Origin: Deltaproteobacteria bacterium
GTDB taxonomy: Bacteria > Desulfobacterota > DSM-4660 > Desulfatiglandales > Desulfatiglandaceae
Direction of reading: 5' to 3'
NCBI GenBank assembly: GCA_016927455.1
Contig: JAFGMQ010000009.1
Span: 1 to 46,601 of the forward strand
Length of the DNA: 46,601 nt
Shown: positions 11,003 through 19,600 of the stretch, piece after piece
Numbering within the stretch: position 1 is the stretch's first letter
Layout of the letters: each line of letters begins with the position of its first letter
Made by a program: the position numbers and the translations under genes
The notes under the pieces: generated by a model
Database searches by the model: none
What the model was told of the DNA's origin: nothing
The model's input: the letters and a program-made list of their open reading frames with translations, nothing else

Positions 11003-11482
11003 TCAAGAATCAGTCCCTTGAGAAATAATATGTTTTATTCCATCAATTTTGAGATAATATGTGCCTTTTTCTTCTTCAAAATACTGGGCTATCTGATAAT
11101 AGGAAGCGCGGCTGAAACGGGCTGGAAAATATCGTTCTTTGACCCTGCAGTAAAGAATATTACTACTTCCCACGTAAAGAGTGTCCGGCAAAAGATCTTC
11201 ATTTGTATCGTCATTGAGGACCACGATAAACCGGGTACCAAGATCAGTTCCGGTATTCTTGAAGATAACACTTTTTACTACAAAGGCGGTATCCTCCACA
11301 TCCACGTAACATGATTGTCCCATCCAATTGATAATGTATTGACCGCTTGAATTTAGCTCCATATTCTGATAAAAAAGCTGAATAAAGTCACGGCGGATCA
11401 TTTCAGCCCCCTTGTGAAACCAGCGCCCCTCTTTATCGATTTTTATCTCACATGATGGCAGGTCGGTTTGTTTTTGTTTCAT
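11003..11482 (-). CDS. DUF1285-family protein of unknown function
   Basis: 159 aa. The pattern IKIDKEGRWFHKGAEMIRRDFIQLFYQNM...VDVEDTAFVV matches my memory of the DUF1285 signature (RIDRDG.WfH.Gs.I.R..lv.LF ... VEDAPF). Confidence 0.6.
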   Translation of the reverse strand: MKQKQTDLPSCEIKIDKEGRWFHKGAEMIRRDFIQLFYQNMELNSSGQYIINWMGQSCYVDVEDTAFVVKSVIFKNTGTDLGTRFIVVLNDDTNEDLLPDTLYVGSSNILYCRVKERYFPARFSRASYYQIAQYFEEEKGTYYLKIDGIKHIISQGTDS

Positions 11483-11795
11483 TATGGTTCAACTGTTTTT
11501 GCATTATGCCTGATTAATAAACAGAAACTAATTCATTAACGGCCATTTTTTTTGCCACGATTAACCGGACTGAAAAAAGAGGTTGTTTCTTATTGAAGAC
11601 AGTATATGAAATACTTTCAGAAGGGTCAAATCGAATCTAAAATTCTGATAACCGGCAGAGCATGGTTTTTTTGTATAATTTAACAGGGCGGTTATGGTTT
11701 ACAGGCCCGCTTTGGGCTTTCAGCCTTCAGCCGCCGAACATAAATTATCTGCTCTGTCAAACTCAGTCTTTACAATCTTCGAGGATATTGATAAG

Positions 11796-11823
11796 TTGCC
11801 CGATATAAAAAACGGTTTATAAT
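11796..11823 (+). promoter_or_regulatory. candidate sigma70 promoter for rfbA (TTGCCC-16 nt-TATAAT)
   Basis: TTGCCC at 11796-11801 and a perfect TATAAT at 11818-11823, about 55 nt upstream of the rfbA GTG start. The GGAAAGGAG SD lies just before 11877. Confidence 0.35.
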
Positions 11824-11876
11824 ATTATGTTTAAGCAAAAGCCGGCCAGACATCCTGAAACAGGAAAGGAGTTTTC

Positions 11877-12749
11877 GTGAAAGGAATAATACTTGCGGGC
11901 GGATCAGGGACACGCCTTTACCCGATAACACGTGTGGTGAGCAAACAGCTGCTGCCCATATATGACAAACCCATGATCTATTACCCGCTCTCTGTGCTTA
12001 TGCTTTCCGGCATTCGTGAAATCCTGATTATCTCCACGCCTGAGGACATTCCAAGGTTCAGAGAACTTCTTTCGGACGGATCTAAGCTGGGTCTTTCATT
12101 CTCATATGCCGAACAGCCGCGTCCGGAAGGTCTGGCACAGGCCTTCATAATCGGCAGGGAATTCATAGGTAATAAAAAAGTTGCCCTTGTGCTCGGTGAC
12201 AACATATTTCACGGTCATGGACTGCCTGAGACACTCAAAAGATGCACTATGTTTGAACAGGGTGGCAGGATTTTCGGATATCTGGTGCATGATCCTGAGC
12301 GTTATGGAGTTGTGGAATTTGACAGGCATATGAATGTTACCGGACTTGAAGAAAAACCTCTGAAGCCGAAATCCAGATACGCCGTACCGGGACTGTATTT
12401 TTATGACAATGATGTCGTTAGTATAGCTGAGAACCTTAAGCCTTCCGAACGGGGTGAACTGGAGATAACCGATGTCAACCTTGAGTATATGCGCCGGGGA
12501 CAGCTCAAGGTGGAGCTGTTAGGGCGGGGTTATGCCTGGCTTGATACCGGAACCCATAAGTCGCTTCAGCAGGCAGCCAGTTTTGTGCAGGCTATTCAGG
12601 AAAGGCAGGGCCTTAAGATTTCATGTATAGAAGAAATTGCTTTTCGTCTTGGATATATAAACAGTGATCAGCTCAGGGATCTGGCACAGGATACACTGAA
12701 AAACGAATATGGCCAGTACCTGATGGAGATAGCCAGGGAAGAGGTGTAA
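11877..12749 (+). CDS. rfbA: glucose-1-phosphate thymidylyltransferase
   Basis: GTG start. N-terminus [17 protein letters not shown] (G-x-G-T-R-L nucleotidyltransferase motif), with RmlA-like sequence throughout ([14 protein letters not shown]). Confidence 0.95.
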   Translation: MKGIILAGGSGTRLYPITRVVSKQLLPIYDKPMIYYPLSVLMLSGIREILIISTPEDIPRFRELLSDGSKLGLSFSYAEQPRPEGLAQAFIIGREFIGNKKVALVLGDNIFHGHGLPETLKRCTMFEQGGRIFGYLVHDPERYGVVEFDRHMNVTGLEEKPLKPKSRYAVPGLYFYDNDVVSIAENLKPSERGELEITDVNLEYMRRGQLKVELLGRGYAWLDTGTHKSLQQAASFVQAIQERQGLKISCIEEIAFRLGYINSDQLRDLAQDTLKNEYGQYLMEIAREEV

Positions 12750-12757
12750 AGACGTTA

Positions 12758-13327
12758 ATGCCTGTTAAAAAATCATCAACAGGGCTTGAAGGAGTAATTC
12801 TGGTCCAGCCTGATGTGTTCAGGGATGATCGGGGATATTTTCTGGAGACTTACCACAGGGCAAAATATAAGGAATCGGGAATTGAGCATGAATTTGTCCA
12901 GGATAACCGGTCTCACTCACGGCATGGTGTCCTTCGCGGGCTTCATTATCAGCTTAAGAGTGCTCAGGGAAAACTGGTATATGTTGTAAGGGGTGAAATA
13001 TTTGATGTGGCAGTCGATATACGGCGTGGTTCGCCTTATTTCGGCCGGTGGTTCGGGGCATATCTGTCTTCGGAAAACAGCCGTCAGATATTCATGCCCG
13101 AGGGATTTGCGCATGGTTTCTGTGTCTTGAGCAAGACAGCGGATGTTATCTACAAATGTACTGATTTCTATTCACCGGGTGATGAATACGGTATCTCCTG
13201 GTCTGACCCGGATATAGGTATCAAATGGCCTCTCAACTCTCCAATCCTTTCTCAAAAGGATAATGGAAATCCTTTGCTCAGCGATATTCCAGAGAATATA
13301 TTGCCTGTTTATTGCTCCGGCAGTTAG
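12758..13327 (+). CDS. rfbC: dTDP-4-dehydrorhamnose 3,5-epimerase
   Basis: RmlC hallmarks: [53 protein letters not shown]. Confidence 0.95.
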   Translation: MPVKKSSTGLEGVILVQPDVFRDDRGYFLETYHRAKYKESGIEHEFVQDNRSHSRHGVLRGLHYQLKSAQGKLVYVVRGEIFDVAVDIRRGSPYFGRWFGAYLSSENSRQIFMPEGFAHGFCVLSKTADVIYKCTDFYSPGDEYGISWSDPDIGIKWPLNSPILSQKDNGNPLLSDIPENILPVYCSGS

Positions 13328-13404
13328 ATATGTCACCCCGGCGTTAGAGTAGTGCAAAGCCGGAATCCCGTCTTTGCATGCAGTTTCAAAACCTCTGGAG
13401 TCCT

Positions 13405-13455
13405 CGTTGAACCTGGCCCGCACTTAATTCGGAACAGGTTCAACGACTTTTTACT
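13405..13455 (+). terminator. rho-independent terminator candidate after rfbC
   Basis: A perfect 11-bp inverted repeat, CGTTGAACCTG (13405-13415) / CAGGTTCAACG (13435-13445), is followed by ACTTTTTACTTT. The 19-nt loop is long, which lowers confidence. Confidence 0.5.
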
Positions 13456-13507
13456 TTAATCATAGCAACTGGTACAAGGTAAAGCTTGCATGAAACCCCG
13501 ATAACTT

Positions 13508-16237
13508 TCAGGGTATAATCCGCTTAAGCTGTTCCAGCGCTTCCTGCAATTTATCTATGGCCTCATTCAATCCCCGGCGAAGTGCCTCCACAGAATCGGG
13601 TATCAGACCCTGCTTCAAAGGCTTCTCCTCGACTTCAACTATCGGCGCAACCGCAGGCAGGTGCCCCACCAGAGCCAGGACCGAATCATCCAGGGTTCGG
13701 TGCATGGCAATCTGGCGGGAATCTGCCAGAATGATGCGCCTGAGCTCCGGAAAATCAATAGTCTGAGGTCTCAGAAATACCGGTTCTGCATACAAAATAT
13801 GATCGCCGAGAGGAATGACAAGGAGAATACCTCGCAACACCTCTGAACCTACCTGACCCCAAAGGGTAAACTGCTCGGAGATCACGGCATCGTTGTCAAT
13901 GCGGGCCTCCACCTGATTGGGGCCATCCACGTGCCGGCCTGTGGGAAAACGGAACAGCACAAGTTCCCCATAGGCTTTTCCGTCATTGCGTGCAGCCATC
14001 CATCCTACCAGGTTGTGGCGGTTGTTGGGTGTAAAGGGCTGAATCAGGAGGAATTCCTCCTTTTCCTCTCCGGGCAGGCGGGCTACTATGTAATAGGGCT
14101 TCAGCGCCTGGGTCTTGCCGAAGGATGTCTGCACGGGAATAGCCCACTGATCTTCCTTGTTGTAGAAGACTACAGGATCTTGCATGTGATACTGCAGAAG
14201 CATTTCGGTCTGGACGCTGAAAAGATCCAGAGGGTAGCGGATATGTTCCTTGAGAAAGTCCGGCAGTTCGTCCATGCTTTTAAAAAGGCCGGGGAAAATT
14301 TCCTGGTATGTGCGGATCAGCGGGTCTGCCGGATCAGAGACATAGTAGTCAACAGTACCGTCGTATGCATCCATAACTGCCTTGACGCTGTTTCTTATGT
14401 AATTAAACCTGCGCTGATACGGGGTGGAGTAGGGATAACGGTTCGTGACCGTGTAGGCGTCCTGAATCCAGAACAAACGGCCGTTTGCCACAACGGAATA
14501 GGCCTCACGGTCTCTTAAAAGAAAAGGGGTTACAGTGGAGAAGCGTTCCTGAACCGTACGCCGGTACTGGATGAGGCTGGTCGGTTTGATTTCTCCTGAA
14601 ATCAGGATGTTGATGTCCATGAATTGCCAGGCATAAATCAGGCGGCGAAAAAATGAACTCAACAAAACTCCGCCTTTTCCATCATAGTGAGTGTAAACAG
14701 GTCCCCCAGGTCCGGGATAATTAAACTCCTGCATGCCGCTTCGGGTAATCAGAAAATCCAGGCTTTTCAGACCGTAGTAGATCTCCGGGCGCTTCAGCGG
14801 GATTTCCCCGACAGGAGGCACATCCTGGACAAGGAATGTGGGACGCCCGTCGGCTTCCACTTCCGTTACGGGACTCATGGCTACCCCGTAACCGTGAGTG
14901 AACTGAAGGTGTCTGTTAACCCAGCGCTGGGCCTCTGCCGGCAGCTTCTCTGCGGCGAGTTCACGAGTGGCCAGCATGACCTGCCGGAGTTGGCCGTCAG
15001 GTTTATAGCGATCTGTATGAACTGCCGCAAAATCGTAATAGAGCCGGAAAAACTGGATTTGATTGTAGATCTGAAGCAGGGGACCTTCATCCCAGAGTCG
15101 GACATTCTGAATAGTTCCCTTGTTCTGTGCCGTGACTTGTGAGTCCAGTATGCCCAGGGCAGGATGGTTTTTGGACTGAAGACGTTCAAGGCCGTAAGCT
15201 TCGCGGGTCATCGTGATGTTGCTGGAAAGGTAGGGAGTCTCACGGGCCAGTTCACTCGGCTCCACGATCAGTCGCTGCACAATTCCGGGGATAAAGGATC
15301 CTGCCAGGAGGTTGATTCCGACCCACAGGCCCACTGAATAGAGTATAAGACGGTTTCTTTTGGAATAGATGCTGGCCACTATCAGTCCTGCGCTGACAAG
15401 GGCAATAACAGCCAAAAAGGTGCGGACAGGAAGGGTAACATGGTCATCCGTGTATCCGACCCCGAAAACTGCACCGGTGGGGGAGAAGAGGAGTTCATAT
15501 CTGTCCAGCCAGTGTCCTGCAGCAAACAGTACGAACAGACCGGCGCCAAGAAGAGACAGATGAGACTTGACCCTCCCTGTGAGCGAAAACGGCTCTCCCC
15601 TGAGCATGGTGGATATGTAATAAAAACTTGCCAGTATCACCATAATCAGCACTAAAACGTTAATCAGCCAGGAGCGAACGAAGCTTAATACGGGGAGAGT
15701 AAAGATATAAAAGGAAAAATCTTTGTGAAAGATGGGGTCCGCCTGATTAAAAGCGACTCCATTCATGAAACGGAGGATTGTCTCCCATTGAGAGGCAGGT
15801 CTTCCTCCCAGGAAGAGGGCTGCAAGGGCCGTGGCACTCAAGATAAGCCATATCAGCAACTTCCTGGCCTGCTTAAGTGATTTTTCCGGCATGTACTGGT
15901 TTCCGTCCGGTTTTATTCCTGAATCATATTTGAGGGCCGTATAGAGGTTGGGCGCGGCAAAAACTGCAAAGATCAGCACTCCCATCAGAAATAACCAGAT
16001 TTTGGCTGTTATTGCTGTCAGCAGGACCTCTTCATGACCCAGGCTGCTGAACCATAGCCAGTCCGTGTAGAACCTCCGGCCCCAGCTCACCCCACTCCAG
16101 ATCACGATCAGGGTCACAGCGAAAAGAATCCACTTGACGATCCGGGTGAGTTTGGCATAGTCCAGAGCTTCAATTCTTATCTGGGGAATCTGGGGCATTT
16201 GGTCCTGAGGGTCGTCGGGGCCGAAAAAACTCTTCAT
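13508..16237 (-). CDS. large integral membrane protein, UPF0182-like (function unknown)
   Basis: 909 aa. The N-terminal third contains about 7 hydrophobic helices and is followed by a large soluble region. Size and architecture match my recollection of the UPF0182 (COG1615) family. No catalytic motif recognised. Confidence 0.55.
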   Translation of the reverse strand: MKSFFGPDDPQDQMPQIPQIRIEALDYAKLTRIVKWILFAVTLIVIWSGVSWGRRFYTDWLWFSSLGHEEVLLTAITAKIWLFLMGVLIFAVFAAPNLYTALKYDSGIKPDGNQYMPEKSLKQARKLLIWLILSATALAALFLGGRPASQWETILRFMNGVAFNQADPIFHKDFSFYIFTLPVLSFVRSWLINVLVLIMVILASFYYISTMLRGEPFSLTGRVKSHLSLLGAGLFVLFAAGHWLDRYELLFSPTGAVFGVGYTDDHVTLPVRTFLAVIALVSAGLIVASIYSKRNRLILYSVGLWVGINLLAGSFIPGIVQRLIVEPSELARETPYLSSNITMTREAYGLERLQSKNHPALGILDSQVTAQNKGTIQNVRLWDEGPLLQIYNQIQFFRLYYDFAAVHTDRYKPDGQLRQVMLATRELAAEKLPAEAQRWVNRHLQFTHGYGVAMSPVTEVEADGRPTFLVQDVPPVGEIPLKRPEIYYGLKSLDFLITRSGMQEFNYPGPGGPVYTHYDGKGGVLLSSFFRRLIYAWQFMDINILISGEIKPTSLIQYRRTVQERFSTVTPFLLRDREAYSVVANGRLFWIQDAYTVTNRYPYSTPYQRRFNYIRNSVKAVMDAYDGTVDYYVSDPADPLIRTYQEIFPGLFKSMDELPDFLKEHIRYPLDLFSVQTEMLLQYHMQDPVVFYNKEDQWAIPVQTSFGKTQALKPYYIVARLPGEEKEEFLLIQPFTPNNRHNLVGWMAARNDGKAYGELVLFRFPTGRHVDGPNQVEARIDNDAVISEQFTLWGQVGSEVLRGILLVIPLGDHILYAEPVFLRPQTIDFPELRRIILADSRQIAMHRTLDDSVLALVGHLPAVAPIVEVEEKPLKQGLIPDSVEALRRGLNEAIDKLQEALEQLKRIIP

Positions 16238-16720
16238 GGTGCTACCTCCATTTAATTACGGATCAATTGATAAACCTGGGCATAAAGGCCAGATAAGAGC
16301 CGGTTGGCCCTGCCGGATGTATTGAGCAAAAAATCCGGATTGCGCAGCTTTTATTATGAAAATATCGCACAGCGAATCCTGCGAGTCAACCAATACCTGT
16401 CGAAGTCAATAGGCTGCATGAAAAGATCCTATCTCCGCAGCCCTTTTTTCAGCGCACGTAACAGGAAAAATCGTGTTCCGGGATAAGATTACCCCCTGCT
16501 CCGGCCCTGCGGTTTTGAGCGTCGGGACCATGCTGGTTGATACGGCGGCACTCAGCGAAATCAGGCTGAACAGTCATCAAATATCGGTAGCGCCAAAGAC
16601 AATCCCTTGATATATTTAAAGTATGGATATAAACTGTTTTAAAGGGGAAGGCTTGATATTCAAAAGGAAAGATTAAGGCGGCAGTGAGCGTCAGATATTT
16701 GGTTTATATGTGAGGGGGCG

Positions 16721-16754
16721 TGTTCATGCACAATGAACATAGATATGTTAATAT
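16721..16754 (+). promoter_or_regulatory. palindromic operator candidate overlapping an extended -10 promoter upstream of the K+ channel gene
   Basis: TGTTCAT-gcaca-ATGAACA, a perfect 7-bp inverted repeat, lies at 16721-16739. TGtTAATAT (extended -10) follows at 16746-16754, about 30 nt before the ATG at 16784. Confidence 0.3.
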
Positions 16755-16783
16755 AAAAAAGTGCTTCCTGCGAGATATGTAAT

Positions 16784-18481
16784 ATGAAGCATTTCATTTC
16801 CATATACAGCTATTTTATCTATAGCGAAAGCAACAGACGCAATCTGCGACTGCTTTTCAAATTCATTGCAGCCCTGATCACCCTGGTTACATTATACAGC
16901 ATACTCTTCCATTTCCTCATGCTCCTTGAAGGAAAGAATTATTCCTGGATCACAGGGGTGTACTGGACTCTTACTGTTATGACAACCCTGGGTTTCGGAG
17001 ACATTACATTTCAAACGGATCCTGGGCGGCTGTTCTCCATTATGGTTCTTCTGTCCGGAGTGGTATTCCTGCTGACACTTCTCCCGTTTACATTTATAAA
17101 GTTCTTCTACGCCCCGTGGATCGAGGCTGAATCAAAAAAACGGGCACCAAGAGAGCTGTCTCCTGAAATCAGGGATCATATCATTATCACCTCATATAAC
17201 CCTGTTACCAAGTCACTGATTGAAAAACTGAATACTCATGGGAATAATTATGTGGTAATTCTGAATGATATCAAGCGTGCCCTGGAACTGCACGATGAGG
17301 GCATCGAGGCCGCAATCGGTGACATTGATGATCCGGAAACCTACAGGAAAATGCGAATTGACAAAGCTTCCTCTGTTATTGCAACCAGCACTGATGAGAT
17401 AAATGCAAATATAGCCTTTACCGTTCGTGAACTCAACGAACAGATCCCTATTATAACTACCGCAGATTCTCCCCACTCCGAAGATATCCTCCAGATGGCA
17501 GGAAGTACAAAGGTGCTTAAACTGTATGATATGCTTGGCAGATCACTGGCAAACTGGACTGTAGGCGGAGACTGCAGTTCTACCATCATAAGCCGGTTTG
17601 ATAATCTGATTATTGCCCAGTTCCCTGCCTTCGGGACCCCTCTGGTCGGAAAGTTACTGGAAGAAACAGGATTAAGGGAGGATTTCGGAATCAGCGTGGT
17701 GGGAATCTGGGAACGGGGGCAGTTTAAAACCCCCAATCCCCTGAGCAAAATCGAAAATAACAGTGTGCTGGTCCTGGCCGGCTCCGAAGAAAACCTGAAG
17801 GCTTATGACGCAGTATATTCTTTCTATCATGTCTGTCGCGTGACTGTGAACCCGGTTATTATCATTGGGGGGGGAAGGGTTGGGAGGACTATTGCCGACC
17901 GTTTCAAAGAAAGGAATATGAACTATCTCATAGTCGAAAAAAACCCCCGGATATTGCAGGAAAAGGAACAGTATGTCTTCGGGGATGCTGCGGATATCAG
18001 CATACTTCAGAAAGCCTGGATCGATAATGCACCTGCTGCACTCCTGACAACACACAATGATGATATGAATATTTACCTGACCAAGTACCTGCGAAGTTTA
18101 AGGCCGGATATTCAGATTTTGAGCAGGGCCAATCTGGAACGCAATGTTTCCACCTTGCACCGTGCCGGTGCAGATTTCGTGATGTCCTATTCATCACTGG
18201 GAGCCAACGCAATCTTTAATTTTATCAAGAACGAGGAAACACTGATGCTGGCTGAGGGATTAAACATATTCCGTGTCAAAACGCCTCAGGCACTTGCAGG
18301 TAAAAAACTTGCAAAATCAAAAATCAGGGAAACAACAGGATGTTCAGTAGTTGCAGTTAAAGTTGATGGCGTCATGAAGTTCAATCCGGACCCCTGGATA
18401 CCCATTCAGGAAAATTCCGAACTGATATTGATAGGATCCTATGCAGGCGAGAAACAAATGCTCGAATCCTATAAACTTTAG
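16784..18481 (+). CDS. two-TM potassium channel with two RCK/TrkA-N plus TrkA-C ligand-gating domains (MthK/Kch-like)
   Basis: The selectivity filter TVMTTLGFGDITF sits between two hydrophobic helices. Two Rossmann-like GxGxxG regions are present (HIIITSYNPV.. and VIIIGGGRVGRTIA), along with C-terminal TrkA-C-like segments. Confidence 0.85.
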   Translation: MKHFISIYSYFIYSESNRRNLRLLFKFIAALITLVTLYSILFHFLMLLEGKNYSWITGVYWTLTVMTTLGFGDITFQTDPGRLFSIMVLLSGVVFLLTLLPFTFIKFFYAPWIEAESKKRAPRELSPEIRDHIIITSYNPVTKSLIEKLNTHGNNYVVILNDIKRALELHDEGIEAAIGDIDDPETYRKMRIDKASSVIATSTDEINANIAFTVRELNEQIPIITTADSPHSEDILQMAGSTKVLKLYDMLGRSLANWTVGGDCSSTIISRFDNLIIAQFPAFGTPLVGKLLEETGLREDFGISVVGIWERGQFKTPNPLSKIENNSVLVLAGSEENLKAYDAVYSFYHVCRVTVNPVIIIGGGRVGRTIADRFKERNMNYLIVEKNPRILQEKEQYVFGDAADISILQKAWIDNAPAALLTTHNDDMNIYLTKYLRSLRPDIQILSRANLERNVSTLHRAGADFVMSYSSLGANAIFNFIKNEETLMLAEGLNIFRVKTPQALAGKKLAKSKIRETTGCSVVAVKVDGVMKFNPDPWIPIQENSELILIGSYAGEKQMLESYKL

Positions 18482-18549
18482 CCAGGCATATGAGATCTTT
18501 TATTCTGCAGTATTTTGTCGCTGTAATGACAGGGCAGATAAGGGGCAGG

Positions 18550-19176
18550 CTACACCTGCGGTTTACAATGTTTACATGGGCTGAATCCTTCCCAGAAGGC
18601 ATCTTTGAGGGATTTGAATATTACCAGGTTTTTTCTGCTGATCTGTTTTCCAAAAGGGCAGTCCGAACGATGGAACCTGCAGGAATTCAGGTTGCCTGAA
18701 TAGATTTTGTGCTCTGTTATCTCTTGATTACTCCAAATGCCAATTTTCTCAGTTATAGCTTTTCGTTGATATTCAAGGAGAAGGTCCTTGTATTTGAGGC
18801 CATGACTGGTGAGTAATACATGTGCCATTCCTTTTCTGATTAATATGGCATTAACCATATCACCCGTTTCCAGAAAAACATAGGCAAGCGAACGCCCGTA
18901 TTTATCCGTTTTCTGGCTATCATACTCCAGAGTTACTCGTTTGCCTGAAACCAACTTACGGTTGAGTTTCAGTGATGAAAGTGCCATAAATTCACTTTCG
19001 TTACCATCATGGCCAATCTCCGGCGCATCTATGCCCATATATCTTATCTTCTGGCCATCAGTTAAGATAATTGTATCCCCATCATAAACAAATCTAACCA
19101 TGCCGGAAAAATTATTCACAGGTGCCAGGCAGATAAAAGCCATAAAGATAAGAAGAAATATATGTCTTCGATTCAT
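18550..19176 (-). CDS. secreted thermonuclease (SNase-like) with C-terminal Cys-rich, Ada-type zinc-binding-like tail
   Basis: N-terminal signal peptide (MNRRHIFLLIFMAFICLAPV). SNase motifs VYDGDTIILTDGQKIRYMGIDAPE and DKYGRSLAYVF. The C-terminus is CRFHRSDCPFGKQI...FKSLKDAFWEGFSPCKHCKP, with four Cys. Confidence 0.8.
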   Translation of the reverse strand: MNRRHIFLLIFMAFICLAPVNNFSGMVRFVYDGDTIILTDGQKIRYMGIDAPEIGHDGNESEFMALSSLKLNRKLVSGKRVTLEYDSQKTDKYGRSLAYVFLETGDMVNAILIRKGMAHVLLTSHGLKYKDLLLEYQRKAITEKIGIWSNQEITEHKIYSGNLNSCRFHRSDCPFGKQISRKNLVIFKSLKDAFWEGFSPCKHCKPQV

Positions 19177-19254
19177 GATATGTTTTAGACCTCAATTATT
19201 CAGAATAGAGGTTGGCAAAATATAAAACAAATTAAAAAATAAAAGGTTAAAGTG

Positions 19255-19288
19255 TTTTTATTGACTATTAACAGATTTTTTATTGACT
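19255..19288 (+). repeat. two copies of a 12-bp direct repeat TTTTTATTGACT (22-bp period) in the AT-rich spacer upstream of the small HTH gene
   Basis: Exact copies at 19255-19266 and 19277-19288. Each contains a TTGACT -35-like hexamer. The second is followed after 17 nt by TAAAAA. Confidence 0.5.
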
Positions 19289-19390
19289 TTAAAGGTTTTC
19301 GGTATTAAAAATAACATAAGCGGTTAACTGATATAGTTTAGCATGAAAATAAGCCAACTGAAGAAAACTTAATATAAGGAGTAGATTACT

Positions 19391-19561
19391 ATGCCAGAGA
19401 TAATGACAACAAAGGAAGTTGCGAAATATTTGAAGTTACATGAGATAACCATCTGCAAGTACGCTGCAGAGGGGAAAATTCCTGCGATTCGAATCGGAAG
19501 GGTATGGAGGTTTGACAAAGAGGCCATTGACAGGTGGATCGGAGGAGGCCAGGAAAAGTAG
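19391..19561 (+). CDS. small excisionase/MerR-superfamily helix-turn-helix DNA-binding protein (56 aa; absent from the ORF track because it is under 60 aa)
   Basis: AAGGAG at 19377-19382 lies 8 nt before the ATG. The translation is MPEIMTTKEVAKYLKLHEITICKYAAEGKIPAIRIGRVWRFDKEAIDRWIGGGQEK. It shows the classic HTH_17 pattern (T.KEvA.yL......i.....G.iPa.riGr.wRF....id.Wl). Confidence 0.7.
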   Translation: MPEIMTTKEVAKYLKLHEITICKYAAEGKIPAIRIGRVWRFDKEAIDRWIGGGQEK

Positions 19562-19600
19562 AAAATATTCCGAGTTATTATGACAAAAGGATGAATATTT

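Noticed and set aside
11808-11835. A dif-like sequence: TTATGTTTAAG matches 9 of 11 positions of the XerD arm TTATGTTAAAT.
   Set aside because: The XerC arm and the 6-bp central region do not align; about 4 nt are missing and the left arm matches poorly. The sequence coincides with the probable rfbA -10 region. It is most likely an AT-rich promoter, not a recombination site.
13353-13378. A hairpin TGCAAAG-N12-CTTTGCA, with tRNA-like fragments (GCCGGAATCCCGTC), after rfbC.
   Set aside because: No cloverleaf can be built, as acceptor and anticodon arms are absent. It is probably just part of the structured 3' region preceding the stronger 11-bp hairpin at 13405-13445.
16304-16486. A 60-aa ORF in the spacer between the UPF0182 gene and the K+ channel gene.
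   Set aside because: It has no SD, is basic and of low complexity, and is just at the length cutoff. It is probably non-coding.
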